Assembly (NCBI GenBank): GCA_028279755.1
Contig: JANQNB010000018.1
Location: 134,611 to 198,610, forward strand
Direction: 5' to 3'
Origin: Candidatus Nanoarchaeia archaeon
Lineage (GTDB): Archaea; Nanobdellota; Nanobdellia; Woesearchaeales; UBA525
Length of the DNA stretch: 64,000 nt
Under the pieces are notes generated by a model, which searched no databases, was not told the origin of the DNA, and saw only the letters and a list, made by a program, of their open reading frames with translations. Positions 1 through 9,267 of this stretch are shown one piece after another. Every line of letters begins with the position of its first letter. Position 1 is the first letter of the stretch. Made by a program: the position numbers and the translations under genes.

Positions 1-1344
1 TTCTGTCGCTCTTTCAGTGCCGACCACGCATGGGATGCCGAGCTCGCGCGAGATGATCGCTGCGTGGCAGGTGCGCCCGCCGCTGTTCGTGACAATCGCT
101 GCTGCTTTCTTCATGATCGGTTCCCAATCCGGATCAGTCATCTCAGTCACGAGCACCGCTCCCTCTTGGAAGCGGTGGATCTCCTTGACGTCAGTGATCA
201 CGTTCACATGGCCCTGGCCGATGCGCTTGCCGACGCTGTGGCCAGTCACGAGCACGTTCTTCTGGTCAGCTTTCAGGTGATAGGTCTTGTAGACATTCTT
301 GGCTTTCTGGCTGTGCACAGTCTCAGGCCGTGCCTGCACGATGAACAGGTCGTTGGTCTTGCCGTCTTTCGCCCATTCCATGTCCATGGGCTTGAACTTC
401 CCGGCTTTCTTGCTGTAATGGTTCTCGATGATGACAGCCCACTGCGCCAAGGTGATGACTTCGTCGTCGCTGAGGCAGAACTTCTTCTGGTCTTCTGGCG
501 AGACCGGCACGTTCTTGGTCGCCTTATTGCCGTGCTCGTCGTAGATCATGCGCTTTTCCTTAGAACCGACTTCCTTGCTGATGATCGGGCGCGCACCCTG
601 CGACAGCGTGGGCTTGAACACGTAGTACTCGTCAGGGTTGACCGCGCCTTGGACCACGTTCTCGCCAAGGCCGTACGCGGCTGTGATGAAGACCGCGTTC
701 TCGAACCCGGATTCGGTGTCGATGCTGAACATGACGCCGCTCGTGGCGAGATCAGAGCGGACCATCTTCTGGACCCCGATCGAAAGCCCGATGCTGAAAT
801 GGTCGAAGCCCTTGTCCTGGCGATAGCTGATGGCGCGGTTCGTGAACAATGAGGCGAAGCATTTCTTGCACGCTTCGATGATCGCGTCGTCGCCATGCAC
901 ATTCAGGTAGGTCTCTTGCTGGCCGGCGAAGCTCGCGTCTGGCAAGTCTTCTGCAGTGGCGCTGCTTCTCACCGCGACATCGGTGTTCTCGCCGTATTCT
1001 TTGCACATGGCCTGATAGCCTTCAAGGATGGCATCCCTGAGTTCTGGCGGGAATTCCAGGCCTTTGATCAATTTCCGCACCTTATCGCCGCGCTCAGCGA
1101 GATTGTTCATGTCATGCGTGTTCAGGTCGCTGAGGATCTCTTTGATCCGGTCCATGGCGTTGTTCTTCTCGAGCAGATAGCGGTAGGCGTGCGCGGTAAC
1201 GGCGAAACCGTTCGGCACCTTCACGCCCTGCGCTGCCAGCTCGCTGTACATCTCGCCCAGGGAGGCATTCTTGCCACCGACTAAGGGCACATCCTCATTC
1301 CTCAATTGATCAAACCAGAGAATAAACGCTTGTGATTTGTCCAT
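1..1344 (-). CDS. ppsA: Phosphoenolpyruvate synthase (pyruvate, water dikinase), N-terminal ~448 aa. The C-terminus runs off the window start.
   Basis: The minus-strand frame is open from the window edge to an ATG at 1344..1342. The translation begins MDKSQAFILWFDQLRNEDVPLVGGKNASLGEMY and ends at the window edge with GGRTCHAAIISRELGIPCVVGTE, the PEP-utilizing His swivel motif. This frame is absent from the ORF track because it is edge-truncated. Confidence 0.85.
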   Translation of the reverse strand, partial: MDKSQAFILWFDQLRNEDVPLVGGKNASLGEMYSELAAQGVKVPNGFAVTAHAYRYLLEKNNAMDRIKEILSDLNTHDMNNLAERGDKVRKLIKGLEFPPELRDAILEGYQAMCKEYGENTDVAVRSSATAEDLPDASFAGQQETYLNVHGDDAIIEACKKCFASLFTNRAISYRQDKGFDHFSIGLSIGVQKMVRSDLATSGVMFSIDTESGFENAVFITAAYGLGENVVQGAVNPDEYYVFKPTLSQGARPIISKEVGSKEKRMIYDEHGNKATKNVPVSPEDQKKFCLSDDEVITLAQWAVIIENHYSKKAGKFKPMDMEWAKDGKTNDLFIVQARPETVHSQKAKNVYKTYHLKADQKNVLVTGHSVGKRIGQGHVNVITDVKEIHRFQEGAVLVTEMTDPDWEPIMKKAAAIVTNSGGRTCHAAIISRELGIPCVVGTERATE

Positions 1345-1460
1345 ACGACACCCACCTCTTCTTGAGTAGGCTGCCCGTCTGAGAATATATAAAGGTTTCG
1401 TTGGGAAAATGGTGTTTTCCATTAAAAAGACTTAAAAAACTCAAGAATAAGTGGCTACTC

Positions 1461-2078
1461 ATGCCTCGCGCCCAAGCAGCTCTGGAATTTCTCGTCACCT
1501 ATGGCTGGGCGATCCTGGTCGTGCTGGTGATGATCGGCGCTCTGGCGTATTTCGGCGTGATTGATGCGAAGCGATTTATCCCCCAGAAATGCATGGTGAG
1601 TCAAGGTTTTTCATGCACAGATTACTACTTATCAAAGTGGGATGGTGGAGTCAATCAATGCGAGGTGAGCTTCATCCTCAAGAACAATATGGGCAGGCCT
1701 ATCAGGATCCTGGCGAACAGCACGAACATCACCTGCGACAACTGCGAATACCATCCTGATATTCAATATTGGAGGAATTGCGGGCATTGGCGCTTGCAGG
1801 ACACGACCCTTGTCGCTGTCAATCACGGAAATGATGCTGTTATCGGCACTGATGAGACCTTTATCCTCGAATGCAACTCAGGAGATGTCTATTACATTGA
1901 TTTTGACACTGTGGGTCATAAGGAACGCGTGCGTTTCACTTTTGACTATGCATTGCTCGACAGTAACTTCCCGCACCGGGTCGAGGGCGAGATTCTCGCG
2001 ACAGTCCAGGAACAGAAATGCGGGATGCGCCGGTGTGTCTATCCGCCCGGTGATCCAACCGGGGATACGACATGTTGA
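1461..2078 (+). CDS. Archaeal type IV pilin-like protein with a class III signal peptide and a Cys-rich C-terminal domain.
   Basis: The N-terminus MPRAQAALEFLVTYGWAILVVLVMIGAL matches the PibD/FlaK-type prepilin signal (KR-QA..EFL.TYGWAIL). An ATG at 1461 lies inside the longer ORF 1401..2078. A TATA-like AATATATAAAGG sits upstream. Confidence 0.7.
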   Translation: MPRAQAALEFLVTYGWAILVVLVMIGALAYFGVIDAKRFIPQKCMVSQGFSCTDYYLSKWDGGVNQCEVSFILKNNMGRPIRILANSTNITCDNCEYHPDIQYWRNCGHWRLQDTTLVAVNHGNDAVIGTDETFILECNSGDVYYIDFDTVGHKERVRFTFDYALLDSNFPHRVEGEILATVQEQKCGMRRCVYPPGDPTGDTTC

Positions 2079-2104
2079 AAGAGAAAAAAGAATTCTGAAA
2101 AGGT

Positions 2105-4144
2105 TTACCCGAGCCAGCTGCCCACAGCGAGGAAGACCGGCACGAAGACAAGCGCGACGATGGTCATGAGCTTGAGCAGGATGTTCAAGCTTGGCCCCGA
2201 CGTGTCCTTGAACGGGTCGCCGACCGTGTCGCCTGTCACGGCTGCTTTGTGCGCTTCGCTGCCCTTGCCGCCGTGCTTGCCAGTCTCGATGTACTTCTTC
2301 GCGTTGTCCCACGCGCCGCCGGCATTGGCCATCATCAGAGCGAGCATCACGCCGCTTGCGAGCGCGCCGGCGAGCATGCCGCCAAGCGCCTGGATGCCGA
2401 GCACGAGGCCGACCACGACTGGTGCGATCACCGCCAGGAGTCCTGGCAGGATCATCTGCTTCAGCGCGCCGGTGGTTGCGATGTCCACGCACTTTGCGTA
2501 GTCAGCTTTGGCTTTGCCTTTCATCAGGCCCTTGATCGTGCGGAACTGTCGTCGCACTTCCTCGATCATGTCAAAGGCTGCGCGGCCCACCGCTTTCATG
2601 CTCATGGCACTGAACAGGAAGGGAAGCATGCCGCCGATGAGGAGTCCGATGATGACGAGCGGTTCGGTCAGGCTGATCATCGTGAGCCCGGCTTGCTGCG
2701 CGAACGCAGTAAAGAGGGCCAAGGCCGTCAGTGCCGCGCTGCCGATAGCAAAACCCTTGCCGATAGCAGCAGTCGTGTTGCCAGCGCTGTCAAGCGCGTC
2801 AGTGCGCTTCCTGATCCGCGGACCAAGCTCTGCCATCTCTGCGATGCCGCCAGCATTGTCTGCCACAGGGCCATACGCGTCCACTGCCAGGCTGATGCCA
2901 AGCGTGCTGAGCATACCAACGGCTGCGATGGCGATGCCGTAGAGGCCGCCAGTATAGTACGCGACGCCGATAGCAGCGACGAGCACGAGGACTGGCCAGC
3001 CAGTGCTGCGCATGCCAACAGCGAGGCCTTCGATGATGTTCGTGGCTGCGCCGGTCAGGCTCGACTTGCTGATCTGCTTGGTCGGGCCGTAGTGATAGCT
3101 TGTGTAATACTCGGTCAGGAGACCGATCACCACGCCTGCGACAAGCCCGGAGAGCATGGCCCAGAACAGCGCGAGGCTGCTGAAATAATAGTTGGCCAGG
3201 AAGTAGGTGCCGATCGCGACCAGCACGCTCGCGACGATCACTCCCGAGTGCAAGGCCCAGTTGATCCGCTTGTCGTTGTTCGTGCGCACGAAGAACGTGC
3301 CGATGACGCTTGCGACAATGCCGAGGCCCGCAATCACGAGCGGGAAGAGGATGCCCTTCATGCCGAACGCGACCACGCCGAGGAGCATGGCGCTGATCAG
3401 ACTGCCCACGTAGCTCTCGAACAGGTCAGCGCCCATGCCTGCAACGTCGCCGACATTGTCGCCGACATTGTCTGCGATCGTCGCCGGATTTCTCGGATCG
3501 TCTTCCGGGATGCCTGCTTCCACCTTGCCCACAAGGTCAGCGCCGACATCAGCAGCTTTCGTGTAGATGCCACCGCCGACACGAGCGAAGAGCGCGATGG
3601 ATGATGCGCCGAAGCTGAAGCCCAGGATGAGTTCCAACGCTGCAGTGTCTGCTTCCACGCCAAAGGCGAGGAAGAGGATAAGCAAGCCGAGAAGGCCGAG
3701 GCCGACGACCGCGAGACCCATCACGCTGCCGCTCTTGAACGCGACGTTGAGCGCGCTGTTCAGATTTTTCCTCGCTGCTTGCGTCGTTCTGACAGCGGCG
3801 TGCGTGGCGATGCGCATGCCGATGTTGCCGGCGATAGCGCTTGCCAAGGCGCCGACGATGAACGCGATCGCCGTGGCTGGGAAGGGCGTGGTCGTGCCCA
3901 GGAAGACCAGGCCGGTTCGCGCGTCGACCGTGAGCCATAAAATAATGGCGACGATCAGCACGAACGCTGAGAGAATGTAGTATTCCCGTCGCAAAAAGGC
4001 CATCGCGCCTTCGCGGATATAGCCTGCGATTTCCTGCATGCGTTCAGTGCCTGCTTTCTGTTTTTTCACGTTGTTCGCCAAGAAGGCGCAATAAATCAGT
4101 CCGAGGACTGCAATCACAATCAAACCGTAGATCGTCAATATCAT
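2105..4144 (-). CDS. hppA: Membrane-bound proton-translocating inorganic pyrophosphatase.
   Basis: 679 aa and polytopic. The signature [35 protein letters not shown] is diagnostic of V-type H+-PPases. Confidence 0.92.
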   Translation of the reverse strand: MILTIYGLIVIAVLGLIYCAFLANNVKKQKAGTERMQEIAGYIREGAMAFLRREYYILSAFVLIVAIILWLTVDARTGLVFLGTTTPFPATAIAFIVGALASAIAGNIGMRIATHAAVRTTQAARKNLNSALNVAFKSGSVMGLAVVGLGLLGLLILFLAFGVEADTAALELILGFSFGASSIALFARVGGGIYTKAADVGADLVGKVEAGIPEDDPRNPATIADNVGDNVGDVAGMGADLFESYVGSLISAMLLGVVAFGMKGILFPLVIAGLGIVASVIGTFFVRTNNDKRINWALHSGVIVASVLVAIGTYFLANYYFSSLALFWAMLSGLVAGVVIGLLTEYYTSYHYGPTKQISKSSLTGAATNIIEGLAVGMRSTGWPVLVLVAAIGVAYYTGGLYGIAIAAVGMLSTLGISLAVDAYGPVADNAGGIAEMAELGPRIRKRTDALDSAGNTTAAIGKGFAIGSAALTALALFTAFAQQAGLTMISLTEPLVIIGLLIGGMLPFLFSAMSMKAVGRAAFDMIEEVRRQFRTIKGLMKGKAKADYAKCVDIATTGALKQMILPGLLAVIAPVVVGLVLGIQALGGMLAGALASGVMLALMMANAGGAWDNAKKYIETGKHGGKGSEAHKAAVTGDTVGDPFKDTSGPSLNILLKLMTIVALVFVPVFLAVGSWLG

Positions 4145-4253
4145 TCAACTCCCTCCGCTATCCCCTAAGGATTCTGGGCACAGCGAGCCGGAGCTCTATA
4201 TAAAGATTACTGTCGCTGAGTGGGGAAGATGATGTTACTGGATGATCCACGCC

Positions 4254-4805
4254 TTACTTGTAGGTTTCAGGGATCTCTTGACAGGCCTTTTCCAGCTGAG
4301 ACACGCGGTCCTGAAGCATGGTTCGAGATTTCTCTAGAGACGCAACAGTCTGCGTATGCGTTCCTTCTATGTCCGAGAAGAGCTGTTTCTCGATGTACGT
4401 TCGAGCGAAAGTAGGAGCCAGATGTTCTATATATGGTCCTGTACTGGTTGTATGGGGTCGGATTGTTATTTTTGTAGTGGCTTGCAATGGTGAGCACAAC
4501 ATGACTTGGCCCACTGCAATCAAATCAAATTCTTGACCATTCTCGGGAAGATAGGAGAATTCAAAAGCATCCACGCCACTGATTTTTGAGTATCGCCCGA
4601 CAATTGTAGCTTCATTATTACTGATCAGATCTTTATCTCTAAGATCGCTGGCATCAATGGAGGAGTCTTGTTCCCTGCCCAGTTCCACGACTGTATCGTA
4701 GATGTCTTTGGCACTATTGAGTTGAGCAATCCAGTCTGTTGCGAACTCTTTCGCCAATTTTTCCGCTTTGTTTAGGACTTGTTCGCGAATCATGAGCTCA
4801 CCCAC
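4254..4805 (-). CDS. Hypothetical protein, last gene of a three-gene low-GC operon.
   Basis: 183-aa ORF with no recognisable motif. Its start overlaps the stop of the upstream gene by 8 nt. Local GC is about 45% against about 60% for the rest of the window. Confidence 0.55.
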   Translation of the reverse strand: MGELMIREQVLNKAEKLAKEFATDWIAQLNSAKDIYDTVVELGREQDSSIDASDLRDKDLISNNEATIVGRYSKISGVDAFEFSYLPENGQEFDLIAVGQVMLCSPLQATTKITIRPHTTSTGPYIEHLAPTFARTYIEKQLFSDIEGTHTQTVASLEKSRTMLQDRVSQLEKACQEIPETYK

Positions 4806-5334
4806 CGACTTTGTCCAGGGTCTGTTGGCACAGGGACCTGTATGCCAGCTGGTCTATGCTTCCCCTGGGTGTTGTTCTGCTCATTGACGTAACCTGCACG
4901 CTCGCTTCTTCAATGGCTCCACAAGCGCTATGTGTACTGACCGTCACTTTATGCTGCAGAGCATCACCCAACCATTCACCGTCTACTGGATCTTCTCCGA
5001 AGTAATGTTCGATAGTGTATCCATTATATTTCTCTTGGAGTATGATTCCGAATTGTTCTTCGACTTCCGGATCTCCAGGAATGCGGTACTTGTCGGGAAA
5101 TGCTTTCTCGCTCACTTTCACCGCTATGTAGCTCTCCCGCGCCCTTGTGTGCTCTTCAGGAACTCTGAAGCCGCCGTAGTATACGTTGCCTTGTGCAAGA
5201 TCCCACTTGACTATTCTGTTATCCCAATTCTTCCCTTTTTTCAGCGAACCAATGATACGTTCTGTGAGGTTCTTCATTGTTGTACCACCATCCTCGCCTT
5301 CTCTTGTGTATCCGAACATCTCAGCACCTACCAT
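4798..5334 (-). CDS. Hypothetical protein, middle gene of the three-gene low-GC operon.
   Basis: 178-aa ORF that overlaps both neighbours by 7–8 nt, consistent with translational coupling. No recognisable domain. Confidence 0.55.
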   Translation of the reverse strand: MVGAEMFGYTREGEDGGTTMKNLTERIIGSLKKGKNWDNRIVKWDLAQGNVYYGGFRVPEEHTRARESYIAVKVSEKAFPDKYRIPGDPEVEEQFGIILQEKYNGYTIEHYFGEDPVDGEWLGDALQHKVTVSTHSACGAIEEASVQVTSMSRTTPRGSIDQLAYRSLCQQTLDKVGG

Positions 5335-5819
5335 CGTAATGTCGCTAACTGTACTGTATGTAAGACATCACGGCATAGACTGGAGTAGTTTCTCTGATCC
5401 CTTGGATTGTCAAGTCCTGTTCTGAAATCACTGGATTTGATACCTCGTCCATAGGATGGGCCTTCCAGAGAAGGATTTGCACCCTCATCATACCCATTTT
5501 CAATTTTACTCTTGTACATGACCTTTCCTTTCCATTCTCCATCAATTTTGAGTTCAAAGCATCTTTTCGTGCGTTCTAAGGAGTCTGTTTTTTCCTTTGT
5601 AATAATCTCAAGCATCGGTTTCCCGACAAGATTTGGGTGTTGTGAGGTTGAGCCGGCTGATCCGTCCTCTTTATAGTGAACACTTATCGAACCCTGGTCT
5701 GATGGTACTTCGAGCAGATAACCAAATCCTTGTTCTGGATGATCTTCATCAAGAGCTGTTTTTTCTCCATATTGGATAGCCAAGTCAACAAGGCGTTCTA
5801 CGAGGTTTTTTGTTCCCAT
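5328..5819 (-). CDS. Hypothetical protein, first gene of the three-gene low-GC operon.
   Basis: 163-aa ORF. The AT-rich divergent promoter region 5820..5944 is shared with the Lrp-family regulator. Confidence 0.55.
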   Translation of the reverse strand: MGTKNLVERLVDLAIQYGEKTALDEDHPEQGFGYLLEVPSDQGSISVHYKEDGSAGSTSQHPNLVGKPMLEIITKEKTDSLERTKRCFELKIDGEWKGKVMYKSKIENGYDEGANPSLEGPSYGRGIKSSDFRTGLDNPRDQRNYSSLCRDVLHTVQLATLRW

Positions 5820-5944
5820 GGTTCTGTCCCCATTCTTTGCTACTTTATAGTGGTCATAATATGTTTTGATGTATAATAATATATATTGTCAATTTTTTTG
5901 TCAAATATCGGAATATTTATATAATTCAAGAAAAATCTGAACCT

Positions 5945-6898
5945 ATGCGGCTTGATCTCAAAGACAAAAAGCTCCTCTTTGAACTCAGCAAGAACTCACG
6001 ACTGCCCTACACGAAACTAGGGCGCCTCACCAGAATGTCGAAACAAGTCGTGGAATACCGCATCAAACGGCTTCAGGAAGCGGGGATCATCCTCGGCTAC
6101 CTGACAGAGCTCAATTTCTCAGCCTATGGCCAACCAATAGTAGGCAGGGTCTACATGCAACTCCATAAGCTCGGTAGCAGGCGGGAACAACGCATCACAG
6201 CGCACCTGCACAACTTCGAGGAATGGAGCTTCTACGAGCGTTTAGACGGCCGATACGATCTCAACATCGCGATCATGGCAAGCACGCTGCAGGAATTCCA
6301 ACGAAAAGCCGACATGATTACGAAAGCCTTTCGCTCTGAAATCAGGGAAGAACATATCGTCATCCGCTACCAAGCATATCAATATGACTTCAAAGTCTTG
6401 CTGAACAGCAAGCAATCAGGAGAGTCCGCCATCGTCGATGAACGGCCTCCTGTGGCCTTGGATGAACTCGATGAAGCCATCCTGAAACAGCTCGTCAACA
6501 ATGCACGCATGGAAACCACGGAAATTGCGCATCGTCTCGATAAACCGTATGCAACTGTGCATGGGAGAATCCAACGTCTGATCTCCAAGGAAGTCATCAA
6601 ACGTTTCACAGTAGCGCTTGACTGGGAAAAAATGGGCTATCTCACAACGAGATTCCTCATCAACTTCGTGCATGTAGAGAATCATGAAGAGTTCCGGCAT
6701 TTCTGCCGAAATCATCCTAACATCACCTATCTTGTTTTTGCATTAGGAGCATGGAATGCAGAAATATATACCTGCTTCCCTTCAGTCAAAGCCTATCGCG
6801 CGTTTCGAGCAGAACTCAGGAACAAGTTCGGAAAACACATACGAAACATCGAGATGGTGGATGCGCTTTCCGCCCATCCTGCACAAGAGTTTTCGTGA
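5945..6898 (+). CDS. Tandem-duplicated Lrp/AsnC-family transcriptional regulator with two HTH+RAM modules.
   Basis: Two AsnC-type HTH segments are present: LDLKDKKLLFELSKNSRLPYTKLGRLTRMSKQVVEYRIKRLQEAGII and LDELDEAILKQLVNNARMETTEIAHRLDKPYATVHGRIQRLISKEVI. Each is followed by a RAM-like domain. Confidence 0.8.
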   Translation: MRLDLKDKKLLFELSKNSRLPYTKLGRLTRMSKQVVEYRIKRLQEAGIILGYLTELNFSAYGQPIVGRVYMQLHKLGSRREQRITAHLHNFEEWSFYERLDGRYDLNIAIMASTLQEFQRKADMITKAFRSEIREEHIVIRYQAYQYDFKVLLNSKQSGESAIVDERPPVALDELDEAILKQLVNNARMETTEIAHRLDKPYATVHGRIQRLISKEVIKRFTVALDWEKMGYLTTRFLINFVHVENHEEFRHFCRNHPNITYLVFALGAWNAEIYTCFPSVKAYRAFRAELRNKFGKHIRNIEMVDALSAHPAQEFS

Positions 6899-6950
6899 AT
6901 GCCTCGCAAGGACACAGTTCTTGTGACCACATTCTTTTCATAAAGTATAT

Positions 6951-8621
6951 ATGTGTGTCCACATTCCTCGTCCTATGCCTTTCATCGAGAAACAAGTCAA
7001 GGGCAAGAAGGAGTATTACTATCTCACAAAGACCTCGAGAACAGGTGCAGGCTTCAAGAAAGAGCGAGTACGCTTGTCAGGCCCGAACCCTTCGAAAGCA
7101 GAACTGCGCGAGAAAAGCCAGCAATTGCGGAAACCGTTTTCTGTCCAACGGATCAGTGATTCCCGGATTCCGAACAAGAAGATGATCTGGGAGCGACCCT
7201 GCTATCCATTCTTGGTCTGGTGCGCTGCCGAGGCGCTTGTCGCACCCCAGAAAGAAGAGTTTGGCCATAGCTGGGGCCACACGCAAGGCTTTTTCCAGAA
7301 CGGTATGGTCAAATATGTCTGGGATCGAAAACACATGATCAAGTCCGGCATCCACATCATCAACAATCTGCTCGAGGAGGAGTATTTCAAGACCAAGAAG
7401 AAGCGACACGATGATGCATTGCAGAGATTGAAGCGAACCTACAAGCGATTCCCAGAACTCGCGCGTCTGAGCGACAGGGAACTCTGCAAAGAACAGCTGG
7501 CATTCTACGCAACCTTCATGGAGTGGTGGGGCAAAAGCCAGGTTGCCGAATGCATCGCTCTTGGTGCTGAATACCTTCTCGGCGCAGAAGTCGATGAGAA
7601 TACGGTGAGCATCATCACAACGCCTTCCGAGAAGTCATACTCCACAATAGAAGAGGAAGAGTTGCTCGCAATAGCTGATGAGATCATGAAAGATCAACGA
7701 CTGCGATCGATGTTCGAGAAAGAGACCGTTACTCTCAAGAGCTTTCCAGCACTGCGCACACGACTGGAAAGACATGTTCAGGACTATTACTGGCTGCAAA
7801 ACAATTACGCAACAATCACCTATTGTGATATACAGTACTTCATCCAGGAGATCAAGAAGATCCTGGCACAGAAGAAAGCGCCCAGGAAAATCATCCAGGA
7901 CATGAACTCCCGGTTGGACCGGATCAGAAAAGAGAAAAAAGAAATGATTGCAAAGCTCGACCTTCCGGACGAGTATCTCGGCTTGCTGAGACTGGTCGAC
8001 TACTACAGTGCTCTCCAAGACATGAGAAAAGCGATCTCTATAGAGGGGAATTACTATACATATCGGTTCATTGAAGAACTTTCGAGACGTACCGGAATCA
8101 ACAGCAATCTGCTCCTGTTCATCTCACCCTTCGAATACGCTGACATACTGAAGGGAAGCTTTGATGTCTCAGAGCTGACAAGAAGAAAGACCGGATGCGT
8201 CATGATCATCACTGAGCGATTCGTGCACATGCATACTGGAGAGAAATATGAGAACGCGTACAAGAAAATACGCGGTCCAGAGACGAGTGAGATCACAGAA
8301 TTCGAAGGAAAACGAGCAGAAGGAGGCACAGTCACCGGCAGAGCCAAAATCGTCCTCGACCCCAGGAACGCGCCAGCATTCAAAGACGGAGACATCCTGG
8401 TCACGACAATGACCAGCCCTGATTTCCTCACCTTCATGAAAAAATCAAAAGCCATCATCACCGACGAAGGCGGCATCACCTGCCACGCAGCGATCATCTC
8501 ACGCGAACTCGGCATTCCGTGCATTATCGGAACCAAGATCGCAACTGAAGTTCTGAAAGATAACGATTTCATTGAAGTCAACGCGAACCACGGCCTCGTG
8601 CGCATTGTGTCGAGAGCATAA
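6951..8621 (+). CDS. PEP-utilizing enzyme (His swivel domain) family protein, paralog 1. The N-terminal ~400 aa is uncharacterised.
   Basis: The C-terminus reads GRAKIVLDPRNAPAFKDGDILVTTMTSPDFLTFMKKSKAIITDEGGITCHAAIISRELGIPCIIGT, which is the mobile PEP-utilizers domain. The N-terminal region shares YY..R..YF-type motifs with the 40822..42282 paralog. The true start may be internal, for example M at 6975. Confidence 0.75.
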   Translation: MCVHIPRPMPFIEKQVKGKKEYYYLTKTSRTGAGFKKERVRLSGPNPSKAELREKSQQLRKPFSVQRISDSRIPNKKMIWERPCYPFLVWCAAEALVAPQKEEFGHSWGHTQGFFQNGMVKYVWDRKHMIKSGIHIINNLLEEEYFKTKKKRHDDALQRLKRTYKRFPELARLSDRELCKEQLAFYATFMEWWGKSQVAECIALGAEYLLGAEVDENTVSIITTPSEKSYSTIEEEELLAIADEIMKDQRLRSMFEKETVTLKSFPALRTRLERHVQDYYWLQNNYATITYCDIQYFIQEIKKILAQKKAPRKIIQDMNSRLDRIRKEKKEMIAKLDLPDEYLGLLRLVDYYSALQDMRKAISIEGNYYTYRFIEELSRRTGINSNLLLFISPFEYADILKGSFDVSELTRRKTGCVMIITERFVHMHTGEKYENAYKKIRGPETSEITEFEGKRAEGGTVTGRAKIVLDPRNAPAFKDGDILVTTMTSPDFLTFMKKSKAIITDEGGITCHAAIISRELGIPCIIGTKIATEVLKDNDFIEVNANHGLVRIVSRA

Positions 8622-8655
8622 CGTTTAAAAACAGCTTCTTGTTCGCGTAGCGCAG

Positions 8656-8752
8656 GCCCCTGTAGTGTAGTCCGGCCAATCATACCGCCCTCTCGAGGTC
8701 GCTTCGGCGCCAGAGCAAGGCGGTGACTCGGGTTCGAATCCCGGCGGGGGCA
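8656..8752 (+). tRNA. tRNA-Glu (anticodon CUC) with a ~22-nt intron at 37/38.
   Basis: The acceptor strands GCCCCTG and CGGGGGC pair (one G-U) and are followed by discriminator A. The anticodon stem is CCGCC/GGCGG with loop CU-CUC-G, interrupted by AGGTCGCTTCGGCGCCAGAGCA. The T arm is TCGGG-TTCGAAT-CCCGG. A TATA box TTTAAAAA lies about 25 nt upstream. No CCA is encoded. Confidence 0.75.
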
Positions 8753-8815
8753 TCGAGTGTAACGAGATGCACTCGCCGGTCCCGAAAGCTCTGCTTGAGG
8801 ATATCGGCGGGGGCA
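8753..8815 (+). repeat. tRNA 3' trailer element: a hairpin with a conserved loop followed by an 11-nt direct copy of the tRNA-Glu 3' end.
   Basis: The sequence is TCGAGTGTAACGAGATGCACTCGCCGGTCCCGAAAGCTCTGCTTGAGGATAT + CGGCGGGGGCA. The last 11 nt equal the tRNA 3' terminus. An oligo-T stretch CACTTTTTCT follows. Confidence 0.7.
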
Positions 8816-8840
8816 TTACACTTTTTCTGATATCGAAAGG

Positions 8841-9206
8841 CTATTTATCGCATTTATCGCAGATGCCTTTCACTTCAAGCTGGAAGCTTGTGATGCTTCC
8901 TGGTATCTTGTTCTTCAAGAAATCGATATTATCGATGTCGAAGTGGATAACTTTTCCTGTCTTCTCACATTCGAAATGGCAGTGGCTTCGCTTGCCTTTT
9001 GAGTAGACGCTCTTTCTGTTGCAGGTATATGTATGTAACTCTCCATTCTTCACCGCCTCTGCAAGGTAGCGGTAGATAGTCGCCATCCCGATGTTTTGGA
9101 GTGTACTTCGTGCATGGAGGTCTGCCGCGCTGAAGAAGGAGGTAGTCTTCTCCACTTCTTGTCGAATCAGCTCTTTCTGTTTTGTCGCTCTGCTAGCCCG
9201 CACCAT
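8841..9206 (-). CDS. Fur-family metalloregulator (Fur/Zur/PerR-like).
   Basis: Translation MVRASRATKQKELIRQEVEKTT...HCHFECEKTGKVIHFDIDNIDFLKNKIPGSITSFQLEVKGICDKCDK shows the Fur fold with a C-terminal Cys/His metal site. The ATG at 9206 is preferred over the TTG at 9224. Confidence 0.8.
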   Translation of the reverse strand: MVRASRATKQKELIRQEVEKTTSFFSAADLHARSTLQNIGMATIYRYLAEAVKNGELHTYTCNRKSVYSKGKRSHCHFECEKTGKVIHFDIDNIDFLKNKIPGSITSFQLEVKGICDKCDK

Positions 9207-9260
9207 AATGAGAACGAGAATCAATAAGATATATAAATATTATGGAAAGCCGGAAGATTT
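9207..9260. promoter_or_regulatory. Divergent promoter region between the Fur-family gene and the CobW-family gene, containing a Fur-box-like operator and a TATA element.
   Basis: AATGAGAACGAGAATCAATAAGATATATAAAT shares AATGAGAA..GAGAATCAATAAGAT[A/T]TATAA with the element at 10619..10652. It resembles the Fur consensus GATAATGATAATCATTATC. Confidence 0.55.
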
Positions 9261-9267
9261 GATACTC

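Noticed and set aside
64-852. 262-aa plus-strand ORF at the window start, plus the other long ORFs antisense to ppsA (17..280, 895..1284).
   Set aside because: They lie opposite the clearly conserved PpsA reading frame, which is edge-truncated and therefore missing from the track. Their translations are low-complexity and typical of a GC-rich antisense frame.
2249-3604. 451-aa plus-strand ORF and other long ORFs inside the H+-PPase gene.
   Set aside because: They are antisense to a strongly supported hppA and are Ala/Arg/Asp-rich GC-frame artefacts.
8054-8683. 209-aa minus-strand ORF containing HGMPSSREMIAAWQV. The same peptide recurs in 17..280 (plus strand) and 41751..42266 (minus strand).
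   Set aside because: These are mirror-image antisense ORFs of the conserved PEP-utilizing His domain (TCHAAIISRELGIPC) present in three real genes. The recurrence is explained by the sense-strand domain.
8767-9006. 79-aa plus-strand ORF starting in the tRNA-Glu trailer.
   Set aside because: It overlaps the trailer element and is antisense to the Fur-family gene. There are no supporting signals.
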